A stretch of DNA of 64,000 nt from Candidatus Limnocylindrales bacterium (GCA_035559535.1 DATMBG010000006.1:1-64000), one strand, 5' to 3'. Shown: positions 10,122 through 20,691, counted from the stretch's first letter. The notes: generated from the letters alone by a model not told the origin. A program made the numbers and translations.

Positions 10122-12623
10122 CTATTTTACAACTTCGATTTCCTCGATCATAACCCCTAAATCCCGTAAATCTGGAACATTCAAAGCATCTCTGGGATTC
10201 CAGGTGGGTACGACCAGGGTTAGAGTTAAGGGATCTTCGATGAGATTTGCCGGTATGACCACCTCGTAATCCTGAAAATCTGAGGGTGAGCTACCGGGGG
10301 TAAGGAGTTGAATAACTGCAGCCAGGGTATTTTTGGTAAAAACTTCCATGTTAACTTTAGGGAGAAAATCGGGTCGCCAGGCTCGCATGCGAATCCGAAA
10401 TTTAGACTCTCCAGGAACAAGTACTTTAGCCGTTCCCTTTGTCCAACGATACTTCCTGTTTCCATCGGGTAAATCCTCAATGTGATAAAAGCCTTCAATC
10501 AACCCAAAATCGTTAATTCCTAATTTCAAAAGATATTTACTTACTCCATCCTTTTCTGTCAACCGGTAAACATATAAATCGCTGTAAAGTTCATTGATTT
10601 TCTTCGGTAAATGTCCAATGGCATACTCCATTTCAGGTACTTTCAGGGTAAATTTTTTGGTCAGTTCCAAACTCTGAGGGAGCGGGGTTACAAAATAAAC
10701 CTCCTGCCCTTCCTGGATCCACCGATGGACCAGTTGAATAAACTTTTGATAACTCTCCAGGGTGTTCTGATAAAGGACCAGGGCTTTTTTCTGATAAATA
10801 TATTCTAAGGGAGGAGCGATCCGGATTGTGACATCAAAATTATCCATCACCACAACAGCATTACCCGGAAATACCTTGGCTATTTGATCCATCAGACGAA
10901 TAATCCCTGAATATTCCCGGTGGGTCAGTATAGGTCTGGCAACCACCAAAGAATACGTCAGCAAGAAGATTAAAACGACGGAAAAGATCAATTTGGGGAG
11001 TTGAGGAGTTCCGTTGAAACTTAAGGTGCGAAACTTAAGAAGGTGCCAGAGTGCGTAGGCTGTGAACAGGAGAAACACCGGGATTACCACCGGTACAAAT
11101 CGCCGCATGATCCAAAAATGATCCCAGGCATCTTCGGTACCCTTTAAAACAGAAAAAGAAAAGGTCAAACCGATGAGAAGAAAAAACAGGTTAACCCGGT
11201 CCAGCCGGTTGTGGATGAATAAACAGGCCCCCAGGACTCCCAGAAAAACGGCAACCGGAGATATGTACCATCCCAGATGAACCAGACTATCCATGGCGTA
11301 ATCTCGATCCAGTCGGGCCATCTCGGGGTGATAGACTTCTTGGGCCAGTTGAGGCCGTATAAAGTATGCGTACAGGCTTAAAGCGATAACCAGGAGGGAC
11401 AGGGAAAGGCGGAAATAGGGAGAGGTAAAAATCCCTTGGGATACTAAAATACGAAGGCGTGGAGATAATTTGATGCTTAACCAGAAAAGGATCCCCAGGA
11501 TGATCAGCAGGGAGATTAAAAACTTATGGGATTGGAGTCGTTCCAGGTGTCCCAACATGTAATAAGAATTAAACCAGTAGATGTGAAGAACCGCATGGAG
11601 TAAATTCAGCAGGAAAGGAAAGATAAAGTATCCCTCCAGGGGGGTATAACCCAAAGAAGTTTTTCCATAAACATACAGACCGATGGGGATGAGCAAGAGA
11701 AAGGCCAGAGGTTTAACCAAAAGAGTTAGCCCCAGGGCAACAGCCGAAATCATACCTAACCACCTGTTGGTTTCACGTTGATAGCGGTCATAGGTATAAA
11801 TTCCGGCAAAAATCAGAAATTGGAGCAAAATTTCCGGGGAAGGATAGCGCATATACCAGATTTGAGTTGCATTAACGGTCAGGAGAAGCGCGGATAGAAG
11901 TCCTACCAGGGGGTGGAATATTTGCCTTCCAGCCAGATAAACTCCAAAAATACCTAAAATCCCGAAGAACCCACTAACCCCCAAAGCTCCTTTTAATCCA
12001 AAGGTTAAATAAAAAATGGCTATCCAGACAGAAAATAAAGGAAGAAATTGAGGTAGGATCGTCGACCCTTCTCCAAAAAAGCCCGGATATTTCGCATAAT
12101 TATAATAGGCCGGTTTGTAAAAAAGCTCTTGCTGGGAGGTATCCATACCTTCCAGCAGCTTATCCTGGATTATGAGGGAACCGGTATGGGCCAGGTTAAT
12201 TCCAGTATTTATATAGACACCGGGATCCCGACCACCTAAAATGTACTCAAAAGAATAACTCCCTAAACCCAAGGCAAGTAAGAGGATACAAATAAAAAGA
12301 AACTGATAGAATGAAGGGGTCGGAGAAGGGGTAAGATCTCCTGCTCTTTCGGCCATCCATTCTTTGACCCGTAATTTCTTGGTGAAGAATAATCCTGCTA
12401 ACAGCAAGAGACAATAAAACCCTGACAAAATTAAAAGCCTGGGGAGTGAAAAAACACTTAACTCGGCCAGGATGACTCCAAGGATAGAAACTACCAGGAT
12501 ACTGATCAGTAAAACGAGGAAGGAGGTCTCAAAAAAATCCCATGCTTTCTTTTTCACATAAGGAAAGGTTACAAGTCCTGGAAGAAGAAGGATACCGATG
12601 AGAAGGAGACCTTTTATTATCAT
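10122..12623 (-). CDS. Multi-pass GT-C (PMT/ArnT-like) glycosyltransferase with C-terminal extracytoplasmic domain
   Basis: GRDPGVY after the first TM block; many TM helices; RRFVP motif. Confidence 0.75.
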   Translation of the reverse strand: MIIKGLLLIGILLLPGLVTFPYVKKKAWDFFETSFLVLLISILVVSILGVILAELSVFSLPRLLILSGFYCLLLLAGLFFTKKLRVKEWMAERAGDLTPSPTPSFYQFLFICILLLALGLGSYSFEYILGGRDPGVYINTGINLAHTGSLIIQDKLLEGMDTSQQELFYKPAYYNYAKYPGFFGEGSTILPQFLPLFSVWIAIFYLTFGLKGALGVSGFFGILGIFGVYLAGRQIFHPLVGLLSALLLTVNATQIWYMRYPSPEILLQFLIFAGIYTYDRYQRETNRWLGMISAVALGLTLLVKPLAFLLLIPIGLYVYGKTSLGYTPLEGYFIFPFLLNLLHAVLHIYWFNSYYMLGHLERLQSHKFLISLLIILGILFWLSIKLSPRLRILVSQGIFTSPYFRLSLSLLVIALSLYAYFIRPQLAQEVYHPEMARLDRDYAMDSLVHLGWYISPVAVFLGVLGACLFIHNRLDRVNLFFLLIGLTFSFSVLKGTEDAWDHFWIMRRFVPVVIPVFLLFTAYALWHLLKFRTLSFNGTPQLPKLIFSVVLIFLLTYSLVVARPILTHREYSGIIRLMDQIAKVFPGNAVVVMDNFDVTIRIAPPLEYIYQKKALVLYQNTLESYQKFIQLVHRWIQEGQEVYFVTPLPQSLELTKKFTLKVPEMEYAIGHLPKKINELYSDLYVYRLTEKDGVSKYLLKLGINDFGLIEGFYHIEDLPDGNRKYRWTKGTAKVLVPGESKFRIRMRAWRPDFLPKVNMEVFTKNTLAAVIQLLTPGSSPSDFQDYEVVIPANLIEDPLTLTLVVPTWNPRDALNVPDLRDLGVMIEEIEVVK

Positions 12624-14137
12624 GGCAGCTTTCTGGCTATAATGGCATAGTCCCGGTAGCCAAATAAAAGTGTATTCAGCTTTTCCAGGTTTTCGTTCAT
12701 GACCTGAACATAACTTTGCAGGTCGGTATTTTTTAAAGTTTCCGTAAAAGTGAGAAGCTTTACCCCATCGGGTACCGGTGAAGTATATCGAATTTGTACA
12801 TCTGTGAACCCATGGGCCTTCATAAGAAATTCTGCTGTCTGGGGATGGAGAGGTGTTTTATGGGAGAGGTCTACAAAGAAGAATAAAAAGGGTAAAATCG
12901 AGGAGACATTGACCGTCTCCAGAACCACATAGGAATCAGGTTTCAATTTGGCATAGCATAATTTGATCAACTGAATCAGGCTGTCCGGGTCCAAATGTTC
13001 TATCACTTGAGAAGAAAAGATCCCGTCCAGGGAGTTATCTGCCAGGGAATTCAGGTGAGTTAAGGCGTCTGCAACTTCGGCTTTGAGTCCTTTCCCTGTA
13101 CAGTAGGCCACCATCTCCCCGTTGGTATCGATTCCATAGCCTCCAATGTGGTTTTCCCGCATCAGTTCAAGGAATTCTCCTCGCCCACAGCCAATATCCA
13201 GAACCTGTTCACAGTGTTGGAAGAAGGGGAGATAATCGGCCTGCCGCTTTTTGATTTCTAGAGGATCTCCCCGGAATTGATTCTCAAACTGAAGGTACTT
13301 ATGGGCATCGATTTCCCTCCGGTACCGGGATAGCTCTTCTTTAAATTCAGCCGATAAAGAATTTCGATCTACCGGGTGGGGATAAAGTGCTGAATTATCC
13401 GGGTTTAGAATCGACAGTATCCGCTCGAACTTTCGGTTTTGAATATAATAGCCTTGCAAACAGCTCTCCAGCTTCTGTCGAAGCTCCGAGAGGGTTTCTT
13501 TACCAAAAGATATTTTTTCAAAGATAATTTGTTGGATATAGGCCGTTCTCTCGTTCAACACCTGACTGATATAGGCGATTCTCTCATCCAGAATCTGCTG
13601 GGTTTTCAAGGATCGTTCATCTAACAACTGACGAAACAGTTCCGTACGCTCGTCCAGCATTTTTTTTAATCCCATAACCTCTTTCTCCAGATATCTCAAA
13701 ATGTCTCGATCGATATAGTCTATCAAGGCATTGAAGGATTGAACGAATTTGGCATTAACCTCTTTTTGAAGTTCTATCTTCTGAACCAGGATATCCAGGT
13801 GATCGGTTATTTTACCAAGGGTTCGTACAGTTCGGGCATTAAATTCCCGCTGATCTGAAAAAACAGGAGTAAGATACGCATGAATCCAGCGATAAACCAG
13901 CTTTTTTAAAGGAAACAGGAGATACCCCAGCCAGGAGGATGGGGGGGATAGGATGGGTTTTGGCTCGACCTGCCAGGAGTGATGAAGTTCCGAAAGACTT
14001 TCGCCTATGTTACCGGACTCGGGTGGGGTTCGTACACCTTCTAGATCCCAGATTCGGTTTAAGACCTTTAGATATTGGTCCCACATTTGAAAATGAAAAG
14101 AAGAGCGTTCAGATTGTGGAGAATTGCTTTCAGGCAT
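12620..14137 (-). CDS. Coiled-coil + class I SAM methyltransferase (glycan capping/chain-terminator-like)
   Basis: FENQFRG, VLDIGCGRGEFL and QVIEHL motifs; long N-terminal coiled coil. Confidence 0.85.
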   Translation of the reverse strand: MPESNSPQSERSSFHFQMWDQYLKVLNRIWDLEGVRTPPESGNIGESLSELHHSWQVEPKPILSPPSSWLGYLLFPLKKLVYRWIHAYLTPVFSDQREFNARTVRTLGKITDHLDILVQKIELQKEVNAKFVQSFNALIDYIDRDILRYLEKEVMGLKKMLDERTELFRQLLDERSLKTQQILDERIAYISQVLNERTAYIQQIIFEKISFGKETLSELRQKLESCLQGYYIQNRKFERILSILNPDNSALYPHPVDRNSLSAEFKEELSRYRREIDAHKYLQFENQFRGDPLEIKKRQADYLPFFQHCEQVLDIGCGRGEFLELMRENHIGGYGIDTNGEMVAYCTGKGLKAEVADALTHLNSLADNSLDGIFSSQVIEHLDPDSLIQLIKLCYAKLKPDSYVVLETVNVSSILPFLFFFVDLSHKTPLHPQTAEFLMKAHGFTDVQIRYTSPVPDGVKLLTFTETLKNTDLQSYVQVMNENLEKLNTLLFGYRDYAIIARKLP

Positions 14138-14315
14138 ATAGGTTTCCTATCAACAGCTTGATTTGGTCAAGATGGTTAAGATAACCCTTGCAAATAGATC
14201 AATGAATTATCAGTTACCAGGTTTTGGAGGTATTGTCAAGGAAATGTTAGGGTCTGTCCTGTAATCCTCGGATAGGCGGTATCTAAAAGTGTTATAGATT
14301 CCGGCTAAAAAAATC

Positions 14316-14345
14316 TTGACACCTTTTAAGGACAGGGGCTAGTCT
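14316..14345 (+). promoter_or_regulatory. Candidate sigma-70 promoter for the ABC importer
   Basis: TTGACA-N18-TAGTCT upstream of 14432. Confidence 0.4.
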
Positions 14346-14431
14346 GGAAGAAAAAAAGTCAGACTTTTTCTCAACTTAACTAAACCTACTGATGGGATGG
14401 GATATCTACTCTAGGAAGGAGACTTCTACCT

Positions 14432-15655
14432 ATGGTTAAAAGAAAACTCTGGACGTGTTGGATTATTCCATTAATAATGGGGATTATACATTTAGTTTTG
14501 CTATTTATTAACTCGGGAAATCTTGTTTTGGCTCGGGATGCTATTTTAATCGGAGGTACCCTTTCTGAGACCGGTACTTTTAATACCGACGTAGGTCCTT
14601 TTCGAAAACTTATGGAAAGCTGGGCCGCCATGATCAATGAACGGGGAGGATTACCGGTGGATGGACAAAAGCTTCCCGTTAAGTTCATCCTTTACGATGA
14701 TAAAAGTGATCGGGATACGGTTTTGAAGTTTTATGAGAAGTTGGTAACTGAAGATAAAGTAGATTTACTCATAGGTCCTTACAGCAGCTTTCTGACCCTG
14801 GCAGCCAGTACCGTTGCTGAGAGGCATGGGATTCCCTTTATTGCGGTTGAAGCCAACTCACCCAAGATCTACGAAAGGGGATTCAAATGGATTGTAGGGG
14901 TTTTAGCTCCTGCAACAATCTGGTCTGAGCATTATTTCAATATGATCCGGGCGGAAGGTAAAGCTAAGAGTATCGCTTTTATCTCGGAAGATATCGTTCA
15001 TGCACGGGAAGTTTACGAAGGTGCCATCAAAAAGGCTGAAGAAATCGGGCTTAAAGTTCTCTTTAAAGAAATAGCACCCTCCAAAACAGTAGATTTCAGT
15101 GCACCTATCGCTAAAATGAAGGAATTGGATCCCGATATCGTTTACATTTCCTCTTTCCATCCCTTTGCGGTTGCCTTTATGAAACAGGCTAAAGAGTTAG
15201 ATCTCAATCCCAGGGAGTTTCATCCTATCCATCATGGTATTGGTTTTCTAAGTGCTTTGGGCAAAGATGCCGAGTATGCCGTCGGTGAAACCTATTGGGT
15301 CCCAGGGATTCAAAAAGGGGATGCTAAATTCTTCGAAGAACTTCTCAAAAGATCTGGAATTGATGTAGGAGAGTGGCCCTGGGCAGGTATTCGAATGGGT
15401 GCCTTTGACGCCATTAAGGCAGGAATCGAAAAAGCAGGAACTCTAGAACCTGCCAAATTGATGAACGCTTTGAAGACTCTGTCGGTGGAGACCATTACGG
15501 GAACTCTTCGATTCGATGAAAAAGGGGTAGGTACGATGAATACGATTCCAACTCAGATTCAAAATGGGAAATATGTTTTGATCTGGCCAAAAGAGGAAGG
15601 GATGCCCACCGGTAAACACTGGTATCCGACACCTAAATGGTCAGAACGCCGGTAG
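14432..15655 (+). CDS. Branched-chain amino acid-type ABC substrate-binding protein
   Basis: Signal peptide; INERGG...YDDKSD...DKVDLLIGPYSS (LivJ/K-like). Confidence 0.9.
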   Translation: MVKRKLWTCWIIPLIMGIIHLVLLFINSGNLVLARDAILIGGTLSETGTFNTDVGPFRKLMESWAAMINERGGLPVDGQKLPVKFILYDDKSDRDTVLKFYEKLVTEDKVDLLIGPYSSFLTLAASTVAERHGIPFIAVEANSPKIYERGFKWIVGVLAPATIWSEHYFNMIRAEGKAKSIAFISEDIVHAREVYEGAIKKAEEIGLKVLFKEIAPSKTVDFSAPIAKMKELDPDIVYISSFHPFAVAFMKQAKELDLNPREFHPIHHGIGFLSALGKDAEYAVGETYWVPGIQKGDAKFFEELLKRSGIDVGEWPWAGIRMGAFDAIKAGIEKAGTLEPAKLMNALKTLSVETITGTLRFDEKGVGTMNTIPTQIQNGKYVLIWPKEEGMPTGKHWYPTPKWSERR

Positions 15656-15657
15656 AT

Positions 15658-15767
15658 TGCAGGAGTAAGGAAGTGTGGAAGTGTGGGGGTATGGGGGTAT
15701 GGGAGTGTGGAAGTGTGGGAGAATAAGTACTTATATTCCCATACCCCCACACTCCCATACCCCCATA
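15658..15767. repeat. Palindromic element of G-rich 7/8-mer tandem repeats
   Basis: (gggggtat/gggagtgt/ggaagtgt)n - gaataagtacttatatt - (cccatacc/cccacact)n; relative at 21868. Confidence 0.85.
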
Positions 15768-15793
15768 TATTCTACCTTTATTCAGTCAGCGCA

Positions 15794-16669
15794 GTGTCAG
15801 CTCAACTTTTTATACAGATCCTGATAGGGGGACTTCTCCAGGGTGGAATCTATGCCCTGGCAGCCTTTGGGCTTTCCATCTGCTTTGGGGTTTTGGGGGT
15901 TTTAAATGTAGCCCATGGGGAGTTCTTGATGCTGGGGGCTATAACAGCTTATGGACTTTTTAAGTTCTTACATTTTCCCCCCTTATTAACGGCTGTAGGG
16001 ATTTTTCCTTTGTTTCTACTGATCGGTTTTCTCTTTGAACGCTGGCTACTACGACCTATCCGGGCAGGTTCACAACATGAGTTCTTAATTGCTTCGATTT
16101 TGGTGACCCTGGGGGCTTCCTTAACCATAGAGGACGTAGCTTTCTTCCTGCTGGAACAGGCTTCTATAAGTATTCCTTTTTCTCTACCTTCGCTGAAATG
16201 GAGGGGAATTGTCATTCCTTCGATTCGATTAATCATCTTAGGCATTATAGTTTGTTTAACCTTACTGGTTCACTTTTATCTCAGGTATTCCTTTACAGGA
16301 AAAGCAATGCGGGCTATTACCCAGAATCGAGAGGGCGCTCTGGTTGTGGGAGTGAATGTCTCCCGTATCGCCATGATTACCTTTGGAATTGGCACGGCTC
16401 TGGCCGCTACCGCAGGAGCGTTCTATGTGATTCTCTTTGCGGTAACCCCCTCTATGGGCATTCCCCTGACAGTTCGCTATCTTTCCATAGTGGTTCTGGG
16501 TGGACTCGGTAGTTTAATGGGCTCTTTACTGGGTGGGATCATCCTGGGTCTTACTGAGGCGATTACCAGCTTTTATGTGGGAGGTCATTGGGTTCCGGCT
16601 TCGTCTTTTTTTCTCTTAATTTTGGTTTTGCTTCTAAGACCTCAAGGATTGCTGGGATATAAATCTTAG
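15794..16669 (+). CDS. livH: Branched-chain amino acid ABC permease, LivH-like
   Basis: GVLNVAHGEF, VVLGGLGS and LRPQGLLG motifs. Likely GTG start at 15794; the upstream ORF extension is repeat-derived. Confidence 0.88.
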   Translation: MSAQLFIQILIGGLLQGGIYALAAFGLSICFGVLGVLNVAHGEFLMLGAITAYGLFKFLHFPPLLTAVGIFPLFLLIGFLFERWLLRPIRAGSQHEFLIASILVTLGASLTIEDVAFFLLEQASISIPFSLPSLKWRGIVIPSIRLIILGIIVCLTLLVHFYLRYSFTGKAMRAITQNREGALVVGVNVSRIAMITFGIGTALAATAGAFYVILFAVTPSMGIPLTVRYLSIVVLGGLGSLMGSLLGGIILGLTEAITSFYVGGHWVPASSFFLLILVLLLRPQGLLGYKS

Positions 16670-16756
16670 TTTTGCCATTTTATCTATCTGCCTGCTGGCA
16701 GATAGAAACCAGGATCATCTATTATCTCCTTTGCCTATGGTCAATAGAGGCAGTAA

Positions 16757-17761
16757 ATGATAGCAAGAACAAATGGCAAAGAGGGTAAGTTACAACGATT
16801 GGCATCCCTGTTCAGTTTGCAACGCCTTCCGATTTTCATTATTTTAGTTATCCTCTTGCTTGCTCCCTACCTGGTAGGGTCCTATAAGGTGATTTTCCTT
16901 TACCTGATCTTTAAATATTTATCCCTGGCCGCCAGCTATGATATAATAGGTGGTCGGATGGGGTATATGAATTTAGGGCATTCGTCATTTTTCGGTATTG
17001 GGACTTACACGTTTGGTATTCTTTTCTCCAAAGGATTTGGAATGGTTTTCTCTCTCACGGCGGCAGTTATATTGGCCGTTCTCTTTGCTTTAGGTATAAG
17101 TTACCCGCTCTTTCGCCTTAGAGAAGCGTACTTTGCTCTGGCTACCTTTGGCTTGATGACACTCCTTGAATTGCTGGCCTTCAATCTAACGGGTCTGACA
17201 GAAGGTGCAGCCGGATTATCCATTATGCCAGGGGTATCCGGTAGGTGGCTTCTTCTGATTTCTTACTATCTGGCTTTGACCACAGCCCTGGTAACGTTGA
17301 TAACCAATTACTTGATTGCCAACAGTCGATTTGGACTTGCCCTCGCAAGTATTCGAGAAGATGAAGAAGTTGCAGAAACCTCCGGAGTTCCTACCTTTCG
17401 ATATAAGCAACGGGCCCTGGTGATAAGTTCTATTTTTCCGGCTCTCATGGGTGGGATTAACATGTGGCAGTTAACTTTTACAGATCCCGAAGGAGCTTTT
17501 GGTATTGAAGTTGCACTAACACCCGTTATCATGGCTATGCTCGGTGGTACCGGGACTCTTTGGGGTCCCGTAATTGGAGTTGTTTTTGTTACCCTTGTCC
17601 AAGAACTTCTCTGGACGCGAATGCCATATTTGCATCTGGCTGTTTATGGAGTGGCGTTGCTTTGGGTAGGCCTTCTTTTACCAGGTGGCCTGGTGAGTAT
17701 TAAAGGATTTAATTTTTTTAAAAAGCTATTTTTACCCATTGGTAAAAACAGTCGGAAATAG
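16757..17761 (+). CDS. livM: Branched-chain amino acid ABC permease, LivM-like
   Basis: NLGHSSFFGIG, YFALAT, SIREDE and LGGTGTLWGP motifs. Confidence 0.88.
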   Translation: MIARTNGKEGKLQRLASLFSLQRLPIFIILVILLLAPYLVGSYKVIFLYLIFKYLSLAASYDIIGGRMGYMNLGHSSFFGIGTYTFGILFSKGFGMVFSLTAAVILAVLFALGISYPLFRLREAYFALATFGLMTLLELLAFNLTGLTEGAAGLSIMPGVSGRWLLLISYYLALTTALVTLITNYLIANSRFGLALASIREDEEVAETSGVPTFRYKQRALVISSIFPALMGGINMWQLTFTDPEGAFGIEVALTPVIMAMLGGTGTLWGPVIGVVFVTLVQELLWTRMPYLHLAVYGVALLWVGLLLPGGLVSIKGFNFFKKLFLPIGKNSRK

Positions 17762-17965
17762 TTGGATGGAGGTAAGTTAGAAGGAATTTAACATCGCCAG
17801 GATAAGTGGTTTTGAGTAGAACAGCCTGCTTCCGGCTGTCCTGTTTAAAGGCAATTAGAAAAATTACCCCAAGGTAATCAGATAATACCTTCTTTAAGAG
17901 ATCGGTATAAGAAGAGAGAATTAGAATCAAAAAAGATCTAAAAACCTCTTCTGGGAAGAATAACC

Positions 17966-19852
17966 GTGAGCAATCGGACCATTTTAATTGTTGACGATAA
18001 CGAAACCGTTTGCAACCTTCTGAAAGCCCAACTTCAGGCAAAAGGATTTCCCCATGTTTTGACGGCATTTAATGGAAGCGAGGCCCTAGATGTTATTGTA
18101 AAGCAAACACCAGATCTTATTATTTCAGATATTCATATGCCCGTTCTAGATGGGTATCAACTCTGCCGGGTTTTGAAATCTGAGGAATTCCGAGAGTATA
18201 ATCATATTCCCGTTATCTTGATTTCAAAATTTTATCAGGATAGCGATGCAGAGCGTCAGGCCAGAGAAGTTGGAGCTATTGCCTGCTTGCAGGTTCCTTA
18301 TCAGGAAAAAGCCTTGCTGGATCTCATCCACAATAAACTGACGACCCCGACAACCCCTTCGCTGGAGCAGGTCAGGTATAAAGGGAAGCTTCTCATTGCA
18401 GAAAATGATCCTGAAGTCGCCAGAACCCTGGAACAATGCCTGGTTAAGCATGGATATCAGGTGGCTGTTGTTGAGGATGGGATCCGGGCCATGAATTATA
18501 TTAAAAACCAACACCCCGAGTTGATTCTCTTAGACTTTCAGCTTCCTGAGCTTAGCGGTATAGAAATATTGAAATGGATTAAAACCGAGTATCCCGAAAT
18601 CCTCATCATAGTCATGACCAATTTTGTCTCTGAACAAACGGCAGTAGAGCTTTTTAAGGCCGGGGCCGATGAATATCTTAGAAAACCCTTTGATGCCGAG
18701 CTGGTTCCTATAATCTGCGATAATGTCTTCAAACGTGCAAATATTCGGCTCATCTCAAAACAATTTGAGAAAAGAGCCAACATGCTGGCTGAACTTTATC
18801 AGAAAGAGAAAGAGGCCAGGCGGAGGGAGGAGGAAAAAACCCGGAAACTGATGGCCCTTATGAAGGCTACTCAATTTATGACCTCTTCCTTAAATCTGGA
18901 TCAGGTTCTTAATTCTATCATTCGTTTATCTCAAGATTTTATCTACGGATCCGAATGCAGTCTTATGTTGTTAACAGAGAATCAAGAACTTAAGGTAGTA
19001 GCCAGTACGGCAGATTTTGAAGGTTGGGGGGCTCTACGAATTAGAGTAGGGGAAGGCTTACCGGGTTGGGTCATCGAGAATAAAGAAACCTTAGTCGTTC
19101 CAGATCTTCTCTCAGATGCACGTTGTTCTTCTTACGAGCTGGCTCGGGCCCATCAGTTTAAATGCTACCTGGGAATTCCGCTCCAGGTTAAAGAAAAAAT
19201 CATCGGGGTTCTTAATGTTTATGCTGCCGGACCGGGCTCTTTTTCCGAAGAAGATATTCATCTGCTTCAAAGTTTCGCAAACCAGGCCGGTATTGCCATT
19301 GAAAATGCGCAACTTTACGAACGTGAACAAAGGGATAGGCAAATTCAAGAAAAACTGGCTATTACCGATGGACTGACGGGAATTCCTAATCATCGACATT
19401 TACAGGATTTCCTGGCTAAGGAATTTGAACGGGCCCGGCGCTATATGCATCCGCTCTCACTTATCATGCTGGATATCGACTCTTTCAAAAATATTAATGA
19501 TACCTGTGGACATGAAGTCGGTGATTTGGTTCTGAAGGAAATAGCCAAACTTTTGGCTATTTCGGTTCGTGAAGTCGATCTGGTGGCCAGATACGGTGGT
19601 GAGGAATTTGCCATTGTCTTGCCGGAAACCTCTCTAGAAAGTGCTTTTAATACCGCTGAGCGGCTCCGGCTGAGAATAGAGAGGAGCAAAATCCAGACCC
19701 CTAAGGGAGAGCTTCAAGTAACAATCAGCCTGGGTATTTCTTGCCTGAAAGCCAGCCATCAAACAAAGGATGAATTAATTAGCGCGGCAGATGAAGCTTT
19801 ATATAGAGCAAAAAGAGGTGGAAAGAACCGGGTCGAGCTTCAACGTGAATAA
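17966..19852 (+). CDS. REC-REC-GAF-GGDEF diguanylate cyclase
   Basis: Two receiver domains, a GAF domain, and REVD (I-site) followed by ARYGGEEF. Confidence 0.93.
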   Translation: MSNRTILIVDDNETVCNLLKAQLQAKGFPHVLTAFNGSEALDVIVKQTPDLIISDIHMPVLDGYQLCRVLKSEEFREYNHIPVILISKFYQDSDAERQAREVGAIACLQVPYQEKALLDLIHNKLTTPTTPSLEQVRYKGKLLIAENDPEVARTLEQCLVKHGYQVAVVEDGIRAMNYIKNQHPELILLDFQLPELSGIEILKWIKTEYPEILIIVMTNFVSEQTAVELFKAGADEYLRKPFDAELVPIICDNVFKRANIRLISKQFEKRANMLAELYQKEKEARRREEEKTRKLMALMKATQFMTSSLNLDQVLNSIIRLSQDFIYGSECSLMLLTENQELKVVASTADFEGWGALRIRVGEGLPGWVIENKETLVVPDLLSDARCSSYELARAHQFKCYLGIPLQVKEKIIGVLNVYAAGPGSFSEEDIHLLQSFANQAGIAIENAQLYEREQRDRQIQEKLAITDGLTGIPNHRHLQDFLAKEFERARRYMHPLSLIMLDIDSFKNINDTCGHEVGDLVLKEIAKLLAISVREVDLVARYGGEEFAIVLPETSLESAFNTAERLRLRIERSKIQTPKGELQVTISLGISCLKASHQTKDELISAADEALYRAKRGGKNRVELQRE

Positions 19853-19878
19853 AGGGTCAAAACCCTGGAGGTTCACTT

Positions 19879-20685
19879 TTGATTTCTCTTCCCTCTTTCA
19901 AAATAGTTAAAGGAGATCTGATCTCCCTCATCGGAAGTGGCGGCAAAACCACCCTGATGTATAAACTGGCCCGGGAAGCCACCCGTATGGGAATGAAGGT
20001 TATCTCTACCACGACAACCCATATGTATGTTCCCACGCCGGGTCAGACGGAGAAGTTTATCCTCCTCCGTCAAATACAAGGAGGAATGATGGTAGGTCAA
20101 CCGTCCCCGGTTGATGAATACGAACGGATAAAGACTTCCTCCCCCTCTTCATACTCTCAGACTCCTCTCTTTGATTATTTAAAGGCCCAGTTTCATCAAT
20201 ACTCTCATATTACTTTAGCACAGGATTATGTAGAAGATCGCAAGGTCAAAGGTCTTCCACCCGATTTAATTTGTGAGATTTATGCCCAAAACCTGGCGGA
20301 TCTGATCTTAGTTGAGGCTGACGGAGCCAGACAAAAACTCTTTAAGGCCCCTAAAGACCATGAGCCGGTTGTTCCATCCTGTAGCTCAGGCTGCATTCTT
20401 GTTGTTAATCTGGCGGTCATTGGAAAGCCTTTAGATGAAAGATATGTACATCGGATCCAGCTTGTTTCTGAAATTACGGGTTTGACTCCAGGAGAAACCC
20501 TGACCCCTCAAGCGATTTGTGAAGTGATCAACAATCCAAAGACTTATCGAAATAAGATTCCACCCTCTGCACGAAGAATCCTTTTTTTGAATGGGATCCA
20601 AACTTTGAAAAATCAAAGCTGGGCGGAAGAAGTAAAAGCGAGAGTAGATCCGGAATTCATTCAGGAGATTGTAGGAGGGGATTGA
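19879..20685 (+). CDS. yqeC: YqeC-type selenium-dependent molybdenum hydroxylase accessory protein
   Basis: GSGGKTT, STTTH and VEADGAR...KAP..HEP motifs. Confidence 0.85.
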   Translation: MISLPSFKIVKGDLISLIGSGGKTTLMYKLAREATRMGMKVISTTTTHMYVPTPGQTEKFILLRQIQGGMMVGQPSPVDEYERIKTSSPSSYSQTPLFDYLKAQFHQYSHITLAQDYVEDRKVKGLPPDLICEIYAQNLADLILVEADGARQKLFKAPKDHEPVVPSCSSGCILVVNLAVIGKPLDERYVHRIQLVSEITGLTPGETLTPQAICEVINNPKTYRNKIPPSARRILFLNGIQTLKNQSWAEEVKARVDPEFIQEIVGGD

Positions 20686-20691
20686 CCGTAT

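Noticed and set aside
14248-14341. Possible tiny IS-derived element (tagggtctgtcctgtaa...ttaaggacaggggcta)
   Set aside because: The IR is short and imperfect, single-copy here, and overlaps a plausible promoter.
15559-15793. MGVW... ORFs and the N-terminal extension of livH
   Set aside because: They are translations of the octamer repeat element.
20683-20685. Selenocysteine read-through at the yqeC TGA
   Set aside because: The protein is full length and the convergent wecB ends 7 nt away; no SECIS seen.
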